Of a DNA stretch of 64,000 bases, positions 20,893 through 31,430 are shown piece after piece. This DNA comes from an uncultured virus (IMG/VR IMGVR_UViG_3300017751_000007) (taxonomy: Duplodnaviria > Heunggongvirae > Uroviricota > Caudoviricetes). Each line of letters begins with the position of its first letter. The first letter of the stretch is position 1. The position numbers were made by a program, and so were the translations under genes. The stretch is from IMG/VR virus record IMGVR_UViG_3300017751_000007; one strand, 5' to 3'. Below the pieces are notes generated by a model that searched no databases, was not told the origin of the DNA, and was given only the letters and a program-made list of their open reading frames with translations.

Positions 20893-22362
20893 TTAAAATT
20901 CTATAATCAATTTAATGTTCTCAGTTTGGTCAGCTGCTCTCGTTATTGGTGCTCTGTTTTCTATGTACAGAATGTCGCCACTGTCAGCGTCTATTTCTGC
21001 ACTTGCATATCCGGAAGTAAACGTAACATTATTTACCGTACCACTTTCAGAGGTATTAGGTGTTGCTGTAGCACTAGATGTTTGTCCAGTAATTACGTTT
21101 GCACCACTAAATGCTGTTTGATTTCCGTCAGTATCAATTCCTTCGTCATTATATCTAGTTTGTACATAGTACAAAATTCTGTTTGTTGCGTCCCAAGCTA
21201 CGACTTTACCAACTGCGCCTGTAGAAGCTTGGTTAATTTCTTCGTCAACTGTAAATGTTCCTGGTGTTGGAGATGAGGCAATTGCAATTGATTTAGTACC
21301 TCTTAAAGTATTTGCTGTTGCAGCCGAACCACCTGATTTTGGGTCTTTTACTAACATAACTCTTCTAAAGTCATTTGATGTAGTAAAGTCACCAGAGTTT
21401 GTAATTTCTCCACCCTCTAAAGATGTGTTTAACATTACAAAGAAAGCACCTAATTCTGTAACTGCATTAAAACCGTGACCACCTTTTGGTTCAATAATAC
21501 AATCTAATTCTGCACCAACCAAGTTTGTTGAACCTGCTGATACTACTTGTGCATTACTAACTGTAGCAAAAGTGTAACCTGAACCTACATTTGTAACTGT
21601 TACTTCCGTAATAGCACCAGATGTAACTGTAACAGAAACAACACCACCTGTACCATCGCCTCTCATAGGAATGTTAGTGAATGTTCCGTCTGTACCACCA
21701 GAACCTGGTGTTTTAATTTTTACAATATTAATTGCACCATCAACAGCCGCTGATGATACTGTACTATTTGTAGAAACTGCCATAAAGTCTGTTGACAAGA
21801 AATTTGCTTGTTGAGCAGCTGATAAAGTGTACATATATTTCCACTTATAATCGTCAGCAGTTGTAATAATTGTTGTAGAATCTCCTGTTGGTTCTACTGT
21901 AGAAGCTGTGTTGTTAGCATTATCTAAACATTTGTAAACGTTTCTAGCACTTGTTAATACATAGTAACTTGCGTCTGATAATGTCGTTGCTCCTGAATTT
22001 GCTGTAAGGTTTGTAGTTGTACCTGTAGAGTATTCGTTGTAATCGTGTCTATAGATATCGTATGTTGTACCTGTAGTCCAGTTTCTTCTTGGTGCTACAA
22101 AAGCAACATCTGTTGAAGTAATCTTCTTAGCTGCCAACATATCATCAAATGGAACAGTTTGTGAATTGTTATTATCACCTGGTGTTACTGGTGCTGTGTC
22201 AGTACCTAAATTTTGTGTTCTACTATCACCTCTTGTCGCAATACCGAAAGGTTGAGGTTTACCGATAGCAAGATAATACGTGTTTCCAGCAGCCTCTGAA
22301 AAAGACTCTGAAAATTGTTCACTATTGTGAATTCTAAATTTGTTAGTTATAATTGCTGGCAT
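20893..22362 (-). CDS. gp8: baseplate wedge subunit gp8
   Basis: AIITNKFRI, VYKCLDN, WKYMY and GDILYIENR...ENIKLIIEF; TATAAATA at 22387-22394. Confidence 0.85.
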   Translation of the reverse strand: MPAIITNKFRIHNSEQFSESFSEAAGNTYYLAIGKPQPFGIATRGDSRTQNLGTDTAPVTPGDNNNSQTVPFDDMLAAKKITSTDVAFVAPRRNWTTGTTYDIYRHDYNEYSTGTTTNLTANSGATTLSDASYYVLTSARNVYKCLDNANNTASTVEPTGDSTTIITTADDYKWKYMYTLSAAQQANFLSTDFMAVSTNSTVSSAAVDGAINIVKIKTPGSGGTDGTFTNIPMRGDGTGGVVSVTVTSGAITEVTVTNVGSGYTFATVSNAQVVSAGSTNLVGAELDCIIEPKGGHGFNAVTELGAFFVMLNTSLEGGEITNSGDFTTSNDFRRVMLVKDPKSGGSAATANTLRGTKSIAIASSPTPGTFTVDEEINQASTGAVGKVVAWDATNRILYYVQTRYNDEGIDTDGNQTAFSGANVITGQTSSATATPNTSESGTVNNVTFTSGYASAEIDADSGDILYIENRAPITRAADQTENIKLIIEF

Positions 22363-22422
22363 ACTATTTCTTTTAATCCTTTACTATATTTATACAAGTT
22401 TTCATAATGGTTTTAATATCGT

Positions 22423-22617
22423 TTACGCTCCTGGGTCAGTTATATTGTTTCCATCAATATCAGCCCACTCTAATACCATTCTATAATGTCTATTATCAGT
22501 GTCTATAGGCACAGACATTTTAGTACCATCTGTTAAAACTAACTCAACAGTGTATTTTGTATTAGTACCATCATTTTCTCTGTATCTGTAAGTTGCTGTG
22601 TTAATATCTATTTCCAT
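22423..22617 (-). CDS. putative tail-fibre assembly/chaperone protein
   Basis: VPIDTDNRHY...EW motif directly after a fibre-type gene; GGAG SD. Confidence 0.55.
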   Translation of the reverse strand: MEIDINTATYRYRENDGTNTKYTVELVLTDGTKMSVPIDTDNRHYRMVLEWADIDGNNITDPGA

Positions 22618-22625
22618 ATTATCTC

Positions 22626-23750
22626 CTATAATTCTGCGTCAAAGTCTATATAACCTGTTCCGTCATTCAACAGTAATATTCTTCCGTTTAGTCCAGCTGC
22701 ATGTGATGTAGGTGTAGTAAAATCTATTCTACACATATTAGGACCCATATCACCTAGTGAAGGACCAGCGCTAGTGTTCTCGTAACCTGCACCATATGGA
22801 ACATTACTAGAAAAAGTACCATTTGAGGATATGGTTGCATTACCTCTCAACATTTGTGGAAAATGCATGAACATTATTGAATTGGTACCATTTGTAGATG
22901 TCATACCAAAATTCATATAATTTTGTGACGGACCACCTTGTACTTTAAAATAATATCTCAAACATCTATTTAATTCTACATCTTCTGGTAAGTGTTCAAA
23001 GCTTGTAGTTGAACTACCAACCTCTAATTGAACTCCTGTTAAGTACCATTCGTTAGAATCACTATCTAATAAGTTTACTGAATTTGATGTACCCATTTTA
23101 TCACTACCTGCAACCCATGTATTATTAGTTGCTTGATAGTTTGAACCTACTGCATGACTAAACATAATTCTAAATCCGGCATTAGCATTCTTTTTAATTG
23201 CACCAGCACTAGCAGTAATTAATGCTGTACCACCTGCTGTTGGCGACAATGAAATAGTTTTCTTTTCCCATGTATTAGAAGCACTGATTGTGTATTCAAT
23301 AGGTGTTTCGTATCTAGTACCATCACCTGCTTCTTTTACAAAACGTACACAATATATTCCTGTTTTATTTGATTTTACCCAAAAAGATAACATCATGTTT
23401 TCTGCGTCAGACGTTCCATAATTAGCCGTTACCATATTTTGGCCTTCAATGAACTGTGTAAGACCACAGTATTGAGCAGCTCCTATACTAGCGTCTGCTG
23501 TAGTTACATCAATTTTTAATGCTGAAGAAAAATTTGTACCGGCAGGAACATCACCGCTTTGTGAAACTGTAACTGCACCGTCTGTAGATTCGTCCATAGT
23601 CCATCTATCTAACGTGTAACCATTAGAAGTGTAAGGACCACCTCGTCTATCAAAAATCATTTTACCATTGATGATAAAGTTTCTAAAATTTACACCAGGA
23701 TTAGGATTTTCTCCTAAATTATTTGCAATTGTTCTAGTTAAAATTCCCAT
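22626..23750 (-). CDS. tail fibre/receptor-binding-type structural protein
   Basis: RNFIING...DRW...TGVQLEVG...FEH...ELNRCLRYY motifs. Confidence 0.65.
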   Translation of the reverse strand: MGILTRTIANNLGENPNPGVNFRNFIINGKMIFDRRGGPYTSNGYTLDRWTMDESTDGAVTVSQSGDVPAGTNFSSALKIDVTTADASIGAAQYCGLTQFIEGQNMVTANYGTSDAENMMLSFWVKSNKTGIYCVRFVKEAGDGTRYETPIEYTISASNTWEKKTISLSPTAGGTALITASAGAIKKNANAGFRIMFSHAVGSNYQATNNTWVAGSDKMGTSNSVNLLDSDSNEWYLTGVQLEVGSSTTSFEHLPEDVELNRCLRYYFKVQGGPSQNYMNFGMTSTNGTNSIMFMHFPQMLRGNATISSNGTFSSNVPYGAGYENTSAGPSLGDMGPNMCRIDFTTPTSHAAGLNGRILLLNDGTGYIDFDAEL

Positions 23751-23754
23751 GTTT

Positions 23755-25320
23755 TTATCCTAAGTACCTTACTACTACCTCAGCTGAACTAGCCGGAGCA
23801 GTTATGAATGTTAATGTGGTTCCTGAAATTGTATAGTCGTCTGTAGGAACTAAACAGATACCATTTACGAATACTAAAACATCATCTACTGTTCTACCAG
23901 CTTCAATTGTTAAAGTTGTATCAGAGCCATCACCTGTCATAGATGTTTTTAAATGTCTTTTTCTACCAACCATTTGTATAGCGTGACCCATATAAGGATG
24001 ATTTATACATTGATAGTATAGAACTGGTGCTGTGTTTTCATCAACTTCAATCTGTGTATATGCACCTGCACTACCAGCACTGCCGTTATATGTTACACCA
24101 TATTCATATAAAGTTGTTTTAGCTGCGTCTAAATAAAATTTAATTTGATGACTGTTATTAGTACCAGCAGATTGGTCAAATTTGTAAACACCTGGAGCGA
24201 ATTGTAATAAAGGCGACTCTTGGTTGCCGTCAATTATGTATGCACTAGCTGAACCTACAGAGTGATAATAATGTTCAGAAGTTTTAGAAGTAACTGTAAC
24301 TGTTAAAGTTTTTGTTACAGTGTTTTTAGGAGACATCATAGAAATGTAACCTACGTCTTGAATATCTGATTGACCAAAATCAATATCATCACCGTTTGCT
24401 AAACCACCTGCTTCTGCAGCTGACTCAAATCTTGTGTTTGTCGCATTCCATTTTAATACATGACCATCAGCAATACCGGAAATATCTACGTTTGAAATAT
24501 CTTGAATTGTATTGTTTTCTGAAAATAAAGAAATCCAAGCACCTGATTCTGCAAAGAAAGCCTGAGCAGTGTCGGACTTGGTTGCAAACATACCTTGATA
24601 TGTTGTTGGATTTGGTAAAGCAGCCGTATTTGCAAAGTTGGCTTTGAATTTTGAACCAGCACCTGTTATATCTAAAGCAGCTGTTCCGGTTAAACTAGTA
24701 TTAATAACTGGTGATGTTAATGTTTTATTTGTAAGTGTATCTGTAGTATCTCTACCTACAACTGTCTCATCTGAAATTGCTGTATTTAATTCTGCTATTG
24801 TACCTGATAAGGTGTTGTCCGTTAAATCAATAGTTTTATTTGTTAGTGTTTCAGAACCAGAAGTTGTTGAGAAACTACCATCGGATACTGCTGTGTTAAA
24901 CTCATTCGCCGTACCTGTTATGGTGTTATTAGCAAAATTAATTGTTTTGTTAGTTAGTGTGTTTGTACTAGCCGCTGAAACTTCAGCAGCCATTGAAACT
25001 TTATTGTCGGTAACTGTTGTTGTAATACCTGTACCACCTTCAAAAGTTAAAGTTTGACCTAAACTTAATGCGTCAATGGTAGAAGCGTCATCTTTAATAG
25101 ATATTGTAGGAAAAGTATTAGTAGCCGCTGTCAAATCTTTGTTTGATAACGCCTGTGTAGCAGTTGTAGTAGCAAAAGTACCGGATGTGAAATTTGTACC
25201 ATCACCTAAGGCAGTGTACAATTCGTTCATCAAATTGTTGACTTTTGTTGCGCCTTCTCTTAAATTATCACCTGTTCCGTCATTTGCAACTGAACCGATA
25301 CCTATTAATTGTTTAGCCAT
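23755..25320 (-). CDS. baseplate wedge/tail-fibre connector (gp9/gp10-like N-terminus)
   Basis: IGIGSVANDGTGDNLREG...KVN N-terminal motif; TLTNKT repeats; TATAAATA at 25339-25346. Confidence 0.7.
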   Translation of the reverse strand: MAKQLIGIGSVANDGTGDNLREGATKVNNLMNELYTALGDGTNFTSGTFATTTATQALSNKDLTAATNTFPTISIKDDASTIDALSLGQTLTFEGGTGITTTVTDNKVSMAAEVSAASTNTLTNKTINFANNTITGTANEFNTAVSDGSFSTTSGSETLTNKTIDLTDNTLSGTIAELNTAISDETVVGRDTTDTLTNKTLTSPVINTSLTGTAALDITGAGSKFKANFANTAALPNPTTYQGMFATKSDTAQAFFAESGAWISLFSENNTIQDISNVDISGIADGHVLKWNATNTRFESAAEAGGLANGDDIDFGQSDIQDVGYISMMSPKNTVTKTLTVTVTSKTSEHYYHSVGSASAYIIDGNQESPLLQFAPGVYKFDQSAGTNNSHQIKFYLDAAKTTLYEYGVTYNGSAGSAGAYTQIEVDENTAPVLYYQCINHPYMGHAIQMVGRKRHLKTSMTGDGSDTTLTIEAGRTVDDVLVFVNGICLVPTDDYTISGTTLTFITAPASSAEVVVRYLG

Positions 25321-25352
25321 TTATTTTCCTCTTTGTACTATTTATAACAGTT

Positions 25353-27926
25353 TTAAACAGTTGTGTCATCAAATGTTCTGGTAGTTTTATCAAATTTAGT
25401 AACTGTGTTATCAAATGAGTCTCCACTGAATGCCGTTACAGACGGAAACGCAAAATTCATCTTAACTTGCTTACCTTGTTCATCACTAGTCATAAGCATA
25501 ACTGCGTCTAAACCGTCTAAAGTTGTTTTTGTACCAAATACCTTTAATTCACTTAATGTTTTGAACGTGTTACCAGCGCCTTGAACACCAGCACCGAAAA
25601 TTCTATTTGCATATGTATTGATTGAACCATATCTAGGACCAGCATATGCCCAACCTTGTGATACTTGAACACCGTTAATATTCTCTCTTTTACTTGACCT
25701 AATTGTTAAATGTACACCTTGTCTGTGTAAAGTTACGTCTCTAGTATTTGCTGAAAATCTTTCAGTAGAATTATCATTATCAATAGAACCAGCTATATAA
25801 GCATTGTTTCTCAATGAAGTACCGTCATCTACTGTTCCTAATCTTCTACCGAATATAGTAGAGAATAGAATGTTTGCAATACTAAAGAATGGGTCATCAA
25901 CTGCACCAGAAACAGCACCTGTAATTGGTGTTGAAATCTGAGCATTAAGTCTAGTTGATAATTGTACTTCTCCTGTAAAGTAAAAACCAGAAGTGTGCAT
26001 TGTCTTTTTAAAACTATCTCGCCATTCATTAATAGAACGACCAACTTTTAGAACGTAAGAAAAGTCTTGATAATATAAACTATCTTGTACTTTTACAGTA
26101 GTTTCTGAAATTTCTCCGTCTTCATTTAGAAAACGACCATCTGTGTCAGCAACAGATACAACATCAATTGTTGCACTTGAAGTATCAATCTTTTTAACAG
26201 TTAATTGTCCACCAGACGGTGCTGTTAATGTTTCGTTAGTTTGAAATGTTCCTGTAACATCTTGTAATCTAATTAGACCTCTATCGTTATCATATTCTGC
26301 AAGTTTACCAGAAGCACCACTTGTGCCACCTGTTATAGTTTCATTTGCTAAGAAAGAACCTGAAATATTTACGCCAACGATATTATTATAAAACGTTAGT
26401 GTTGGTGGAGAAGGAGCAAGTTGATAATCTAAACCTAATTCTACAGTTTTAATTTTAACAATTCTACCAATATTAGAACCATATAATTTTACAGAACCAT
26501 TTAAACCAGTTGAACCATTAACAACAGCTGTTGGTAATTTTAAATAACCATTTCCTGGATTTGTAATATAACATTTACGAATTTGTCCAATATCTGTTCC
26601 AGTTTCTTGCATAACAGAATTACCAGCATACGTGTCGCCTCTAGTTGTTTCATCTTCATAAACTAAAGTTTCGCCGTCTTCTGCAATAACATCACCATTA
26701 ACATTACTAACAAAACCAGACGCACCAAGACCTGATGTACCTGTGTCATCAAAAGTTATACTATCGCCAACCCGATAATCTCTTCCTGGATTGTCAATGA
26801 TAACTTCTTCAATTTTACCTGGACCAATTTCTTCAACTTGGAAAAGTCCACCTGAACCACCACCAATAACTGAAATAGAATCTGAGGTATCATTTAGTGA
26901 ACCATCATTTGTAATATTTTTATTACCTGGAATACCTGTAACAGTTGCCTTAATAAAATAGTCATCTGTGTCTGAAGCAGTACCTTGTATCTCTTCACCA
27001 ATTAGAAAAGTACCAACAATACTATCTGCGTTAATTGTAAATTCTGTAACTGTATTTTGACCAATCTGAAAGATAGCAAGGTTTTCAATTGTTGCAACTG
27101 CACCTGAAGTAAAACCTGTAATCTGTCTACCAATTAAATCATTACCTTTACCTACTGTAACTTTACATCTTAATACTTTTTTAGAATCCCATTGGCCATC
27201 TGATACTCTTAAAATATTCTCTCTAGGATAAATTGTTTCTGAATTTGAATTAAATAATAGTCTAAAAAATGTTTCGTGACCTTTTGTTGTACCTTTAGCA
27301 CGGTACATTGACCTAATATTCTTAATAACATTTCTTTTATTAACACCAACATCCAGATTTTCTGGTAATGTTGTAAGAAACTCGTCTCTAAATGAATTTA
27401 AGTAATTTGTAATTGCACCATCGGGGTCTCTAAACTTTAACAAGTCCATAATGTTATTAACAGGACTTGGTCTGTTTGTATTTACAATTGCATATGCATT
27501 TGATGTTTGACCAACAACTACCTCATCTTTAACAAAGTTATTTTGTGATGTTATGAATAGTCTGTTATTATTTAAGTCTTCTGCAAATACACTTGCTGTT
27601 GCATTTGAAGTTTGGCCTTTGATGACCTCTCCTCTAGTAAATTTACCGTAAGGTGTATCTTCTAAAAGAATTTTATCATCTGTATCTAATAGTGTTCTAG
27701 TAGAACCTATGCCAGAAGAGTTAAGAACAATGTTATTGATTTGACCTGTCTCTGTTTCAATTAAGAGACCGTCAGTTGCTTGAATACTTGTTACACCTAA
27801 TTCAGAAGATTCTAAAAGTTGATAATATACCTTTAGAAAGTCTGCGAACTTTGGGTGGTCAGCAACAACGAATTCAGGTAACTGTGAATTAATGATTGTT
27901 GAAATTTTATCATTAAATTTTGCCAT
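25353..27926 (-). CDS. gp7: baseplate wedge initiator gp7-like
   Basis: QLPEFV, YRAKGT...FFRLLF and QDSLYYQDFSYV; follows gp6. Confidence 0.75.
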   Translation of the reverse strand: MAKFNDKISTIINSQLPEFVVADHPKFADFLKVYYQLLESSELGVTSIQATDGLLIETETGQINNIVLNSSGIGSTRTLLDTDDKILLEDTPYGKFTRGEVIKGQTSNATASVFAEDLNNNRLFITSQNNFVKDEVVVGQTSNAYAIVNTNRPSPVNNIMDLLKFRDPDGAITNYLNSFRDEFLTTLPENLDVGVNKRNVIKNIRSMYRAKGTTKGHETFFRLLFNSNSETIYPRENILRVSDGQWDSKKVLRCKVTVGKGNDLIGRQITGFTSGAVATIENLAIFQIGQNTVTEFTINADSIVGTFLIGEEIQGTASDTDDYFIKATVTGIPGNKNITNDGSLNDTSDSISVIGGGSGGLFQVEEIGPGKIEEVIIDNPGRDYRVGDSITFDDTGTSGLGASGFVSNVNGDVIAEDGETLVYEDETTRGDTYAGNSVMQETGTDIGQIRKCYITNPGNGYLKLPTAVVNGSTGLNGSVKLYGSNIGRIVKIKTVELGLDYQLAPSPPTLTFYNNIVGVNISGSFLANETITGGTSGASGKLAEYDNDRGLIRLQDVTGTFQTNETLTAPSGGQLTVKKIDTSSATIDVVSVADTDGRFLNEDGEISETTVKVQDSLYYQDFSYVLKVGRSINEWRDSFKKTMHTSGFYFTGEVQLSTRLNAQISTPITGAVSGAVDDPFFSIANILFSTIFGRRLGTVDDGTSLRNNAYIAGSIDNDNSTERFSANTRDVTLHRQGVHLTIRSSKRENINGVQVSQGWAYAGPRYGSINTYANRIFGAGVQGAGNTFKTLSELKVFGTKTTLDGLDAVMLMTSDEQGKQVKMNFAFPSVTAFSGDSFDNTVTKFDKTTRTFDDTTV

Positions 27927-27942
27927 TTAACATTTCTTCTCT

Positions 27943-29796
27943 TTAGTAATTACTTGTTGTTGTATAACCAACACCTGCTTCAGCAGAACCACCAACAAAT
28001 GTGTCAGGTTCAGCAGAAACATTTAATACGTTAGTATCAATCTCAATAATCTGGTCTCTAACAGGAACAATGTCTCTTGAATCAGGTGTTACAGTTAATT
28101 CAATTACCGTAGAAGCTGCACCTCTAATATTTGATATAGAAGAAATATTTAAAGAGTTTAGTGTGATTTGACCTGTAGCATAATTAATTGTACCTTGTGC
28201 TGATGAAGCATATGTCTTAATACCTGAAACCAAGAAATAACGTCTCACGTTACCATTGCCGTCATCATCTAAAAATTGTTCATTGTCATTTCCGTCAATT
28301 TTAAAACCTGTTGACGATAAGATACCACCAGAAGCCATATTATGACCTGCATGAGGATTATATAATGCATTTCTGAAATATATGTCATATTTCGTAGATG
28401 AATTTATAGTTGGTGTTAATGTCTTTCTTATTTTAACATTTGTAGAGTTTGATAAAATTGAATCGTCTGTATTATCAATTAATTTTGATAATTTAGAAAA
28501 TCTAAACACACCATCAAATTTTTGTAACTCATCTGTGTTATATTTTTGAATAGTCGTAATAATATCTGATTTTAACGTATCTTTAGTTTTAGCAGTATTT
28601 TTTGAATCAAATTTAGCAACTGTAGTTACTAGAACAGAAGTAGTTTCTGGATCCACAATTTCTGGTCTAACTGAAGCAACATTATAAGGTTTTAACAAAC
28701 TAACAATATCTAATTTAGTTTGATTAGTCAAAGTTGAACCTGAAGCTGCTTTAATAGCAATTTTAACAATACCATATTGTGGTGTTTCATCATCTTCACC
28801 ACCCCAAGCACTTACTGATAATGCATTAGGATAAATTGACTTAACAATCGTTTCATAGTCTGTTGTTGTTACGGCTCTGTCTTGAGCTGCATAATGCAAA
28901 GGCGCATTAAACTTAATTGAATCTTTTGTCTCTGCCTCAGAACCACCTTGTGAAACCGAGTTAGTAAAAATTGTAACATCTGTAAAACCACCAATGTCAC
29001 CTTGTAGTGAGAAAGCAGAAGCACCATTTGAAGCAGTTTTGTTAGTTACGATATATTGCATGATTACAACATTACCATCTTGTAATTTTTTACCTGTAAC
29101 ACCGTCACCAAAATAAATTTCATATCTTCCTGCGTCACCCTCTTGTATAAAGTAAACGTTAGAAGTATTTGATACAGAATTGTAACCACCTGCTAAAGAG
29201 AATGTTGTAAGTGTTGTATCTGTGCTTGAATTTTGTACAGATACCTTTAAAGTTGACGTATCTGCATTAGGACTTGGAACAATAAATTTTTGGTCAACGT
29301 CTGTACTATCAACTGTATATTTAAAAGTAACAAGTGAGCCTTCATAAACAGTTACATCTGAAAACTTGTAAACACCATCAACAGGTGTAATTGTAATATC
29401 TTCGTTAGTTATATATTGATAAGTTTCTCCAGAAAGAGAAGTAGTAAACACCGAACCTTTGCCCATAGTTATACTTGAGCCTGTAGCGTTATTAATTGTA
29501 ATATCAATGTTTGATTTAGGTGCTCTTGGCGAACTAGGAGTATAACCTAACATTTTTGCTAAAGAAACAATATTCTTTCTAATATCAGCACTGTCTAAGT
29601 ACAACTCATTAGTTGACATGTTAGCAATGTATGAAAGATAGTGTGTGTTGTAAGATAATACATCTAATAAGATAGAAAGGCCTGAACCTTCAAAATCGTA
29701 ATCTTGGAATTCTGTTTGACTTTGTAAAAAAGTTTTTAGATTGATTTTAATTTGGTCAAAATCTAAATCTGATATTTTAAGTTTATGTTGTGCCAT
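27943..29796 (-). CDS. gp6: baseplate wedge subunit gp6
   Basis: DLDFDQIK, DYDFEGSGL, AQDRAVTTTDY and AWGGED. Confidence 0.92.
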   Translation of the reverse strand: MAQHKLKISDLDFDQIKINLKTFLQSQTEFQDYDFEGSGLSILLDVLSYNTHYLSYIANMSTNELYLDSADIRKNIVSLAKMLGYTPSSPRAPKSNIDITINNATGSSITMGKGSVFTTSLSGETYQYITNEDITITPVDGVYKFSDVTVYEGSLVTFKYTVDSTDVDQKFIVPSPNADTSTLKVSVQNSSTDTTLTTFSLAGGYNSVSNTSNVYFIQEGDAGRYEIYFGDGVTGKKLQDGNVVIMQYIVTNKTASNGASAFSLQGDIGGFTDVTIFTNSVSQGGSEAETKDSIKFNAPLHYAAQDRAVTTTDYETIVKSIYPNALSVSAWGGEDDETPQYGIVKIAIKAASGSTLTNQTKLDIVSLLKPYNVASVRPEIVDPETTSVLVTTVAKFDSKNTAKTKDTLKSDIITTIQKYNTDELQKFDGVFRFSKLSKLIDNTDDSILSNSTNVKIRKTLTPTINSSTKYDIYFRNALYNPHAGHNMASGGILSSTGFKIDGNDNEQFLDDDGNGNVRRYFLVSGIKTYASSAQGTINYATGQITLNSLNISSISNIRGAASTVIELTVTPDSRDIVPVRDQIIEIDTNVLNVSAEPDTFVGGSAEAGVGYTTTSNY

Positions 29797-29799
29797 TTA

Positions 29800-30225
29800 T
29801 TATCTCAACCTTTGTAAAAATGTTGATACTTGTTGTGGACCTGGAATACCAGTCACATAAAAATAAATATCAACAACTAATCTGTTATTATCGGGGTCAT
29901 CATCTAAATGAACTGAATTTAAAGTTACTCTTGGTTCAAAGTTTGTTATGACCTCTGCAATTTTTCTTTTTATGAATACACCAGTAATAGGTGTAAAATT
30001 CTCAAATAATAATTCTCTAACGCCACAACCCATTTCAGGATGAAAAGGTCTCTCATAAAAATTAGTCTGTATTAAATTCTTTACAGACCTTTTGATAGCA
30101 ACAATGTCTGTTACCGTCATTACATCATTTGTAACTGTATTACGACCAAAGTCTAAATCAATATCCTTAAATGGTCTACTGTTTCTGTTACTTGTGCTAG
30201 TGGTGCTTGAATCATATTGTGCCAT
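29800..30225 (-). CDS. gp25: baseplate wedge subunit gp25
   Basis: IKRSVKNLI...ERPFHP...FEPRV. Confidence 0.92.
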   Translation of the reverse strand: MAQYDSSTTSTSNRNSRPFKDIDLDFGRNTVTNDVMTVTDIVAIKRSVKNLIQTNFYERPFHPEMGCGVRELLFENFTPITGVFIKRKIAEVITNFEPRVTLNSVHLDDDPDNNRLVVDIYFYVTGIPGPQQVSTFLQRLR

Positions 30226-30261
30226 ACGGATATTTATAAGGTTTTACGAAGCAGTTTCTAA

Positions 30262-30567
30262 CTAACCACAGAAAACATTTGAAGAACCTTGAATCATGTT
30301 ACCGGCGTCTGCACTATCGGTATCTCTAGCCATCGCCAAACCATGAACAAAAACTGTCGTTGAACCTGCATTAACATTAGCAACGTGGTCTGGACATGGT
30401 GGCACTGGTGGATTAGGATGTGGTACTGTAGGGTCTGTTACTCTTGCAATTAATTTACTATTAGCAAAACAATCAACTTGACCTGGTGTATCAAGTGTTG
30501 TTGTACTTGTACAAGCGTGGCCTGTTGTTAAAGTATCACCTTTTCGGCTAACTGCAAGTGCTGGCAT
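30262..30567 (-). CDS. PAAR spike-tip protein (gp5.4-like)
   Basis: SRKGD, IARVTD and MARDTD PAAR-like repeats; GSSNVFCG C-terminus. Confidence 0.8.
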   Translation of the reverse strand: MPALAVSRKGDTLTTGHACTSTTTLDTPGQVDCFANSKLIARVTDPTVPHPNPPVPPCPDHVANVNAGSTTVFVHGLAMARDTDSADAGNMIQGSSNVFCG

Positions 30568-30570
30568 TTA

Positions 30571-30780
30571 TTATCTTCCTAATTTGTCTTTTCTACCCCA
30601 TGGCAATTGTATTGTCTCGGATAGTTGTTTTCCTTTTTTACTGATATATTCAACACCAATAAACGTGTTTTTCTTAAAATCGTCTTGTACAGATTTTACG
30701 GCTTTTGTTAAACTCATCTTTTCTACTTCTTTTTCGTCACCTTGTTCGTTCCAAAAAAAGAATTTTCTCATTTTAGGCAT
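30571..30780 (-). CDS. hypothetical protein
   Basis: 69-aa ORF behind TATAAATA at 30805-30812. Confidence 0.65.
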   Translation of the reverse strand: MPKMRKFFFWNEQGDEKEVEKMSLTKAVKSVQDDFKKNTFIGVEYISKKGKQLSETIQLPWGRKDKLGR

Positions 30781-30812
30781 ATATTCACTTTCTGTTAATG
30801 ATACTATTTATA

Positions 30813-30995
30813 TTAGAAATTACAACTCATTTTTCCTGCTCTCAATTCAGTTTCCGACAAATTTTCTCTATTTTCTAACGCTGATTCGCCGATTCGCTCT
30901 AAATCCGGCGAAAATTCGCAATTTTTGACTTTTCCAGAGCAGCCGGAAAGAAAAAAAATTAAAATAATTGATAAAACGTTGATTTTATTGAGCAT
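30813..30995 (-). CDS. putative lipoprotein
   Basis: hydrophobic signal ending in lipobox LSGC. Confidence 0.55.
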   Translation of the reverse strand: MLNKINVLSIILIFFLSGCSGKVKNCEFSPDLERIGESALENRENLSETELRAGKMSCNF

Positions 30996-31022
30996 TTTTT
31001 TTGAAAAAAGCGCCTTTTTCGC

Positions 31023-31051
31023 TTGCTTTCTCTATTTATCTAGTGTATAGT
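31023..31051 (+). promoter_or_regulatory. sigma70-type early promoter
   Basis: TTGCTT-N17-TATAGT with an A/T tract upstream. Confidence 0.65.
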
Positions 31052-31081
31052 GTATCCATAATGATTGAGAAAGGAAACACT

Positions 31082-31255
31082 ATGTTTAAAACACTAATCA
31101 AATACACTGAAAACGACAAAATCAAGACTTTTGACGTTGAGAATGAAGTTAACACTACTGAAAAAGCGAGTGTTGATACTACTATTAAGAATTATCTTAA
31201 TAATAACTTAACAATTGCGAATCTTGTAGCAATAGAAACTTATGAGGTTGCCTAA
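31082..31255 (+). CDS. early hypothetical protein
   Basis: GAAAGGA SD then ATG 31082 (MFKTLIKY). Confidence 0.65.
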   Translation: MFKTLIKYTENDKIKTFDVENEVNTTEKASVDTTIKNYLNNNLTIANLVAIETYEVA

Positions 31256-31428
31256 TGAGTACATTTTTTGCTTTTACATCTATAATGTCTGCAATTCTAG
31301 CAGTTGGTTCAATTGAGGATTGTAGCGGACATTGTATGGGTCAAGAAAACTGGACAATGTTCTTTTTATGCTTGACAATTATGATTATTTCTGGTATAAT
31401 AGCCATATCAACTCAACAAAAGGACTAA
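31255..31428 (+). CDS. small two-TM membrane protein (57 aa; not in ORF track)
   Basis: MSTFFAFTSIMSAILAVGSIEDCSGHCMGQENWTMFFLCLTIMIISGIIAISTQQKD; TAATG-coupled; GAGG SD. Confidence 0.6.
   Translation: MSTFFAFTSIMSAILAVGSIEDCSGHCMGQENWTMFFLCLTIMIISGIIAISTQQKD
31372..31400 (+). promoter_or_regulatory. consensus sigma70 promoter
   Basis: TTGACA-N17-TATAAT with TGn extended -10. Confidence 0.8.
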
Positions 31429-31430
31429 AA

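Noticed and set aside
15128..25584. many V/P/S-rich plus-strand ORFs opposite the VrlC-like, gp8, gp9/10-like and gp7 genes
   Set aside because: codon-bias shadows with no SDs and no recognisable motifs
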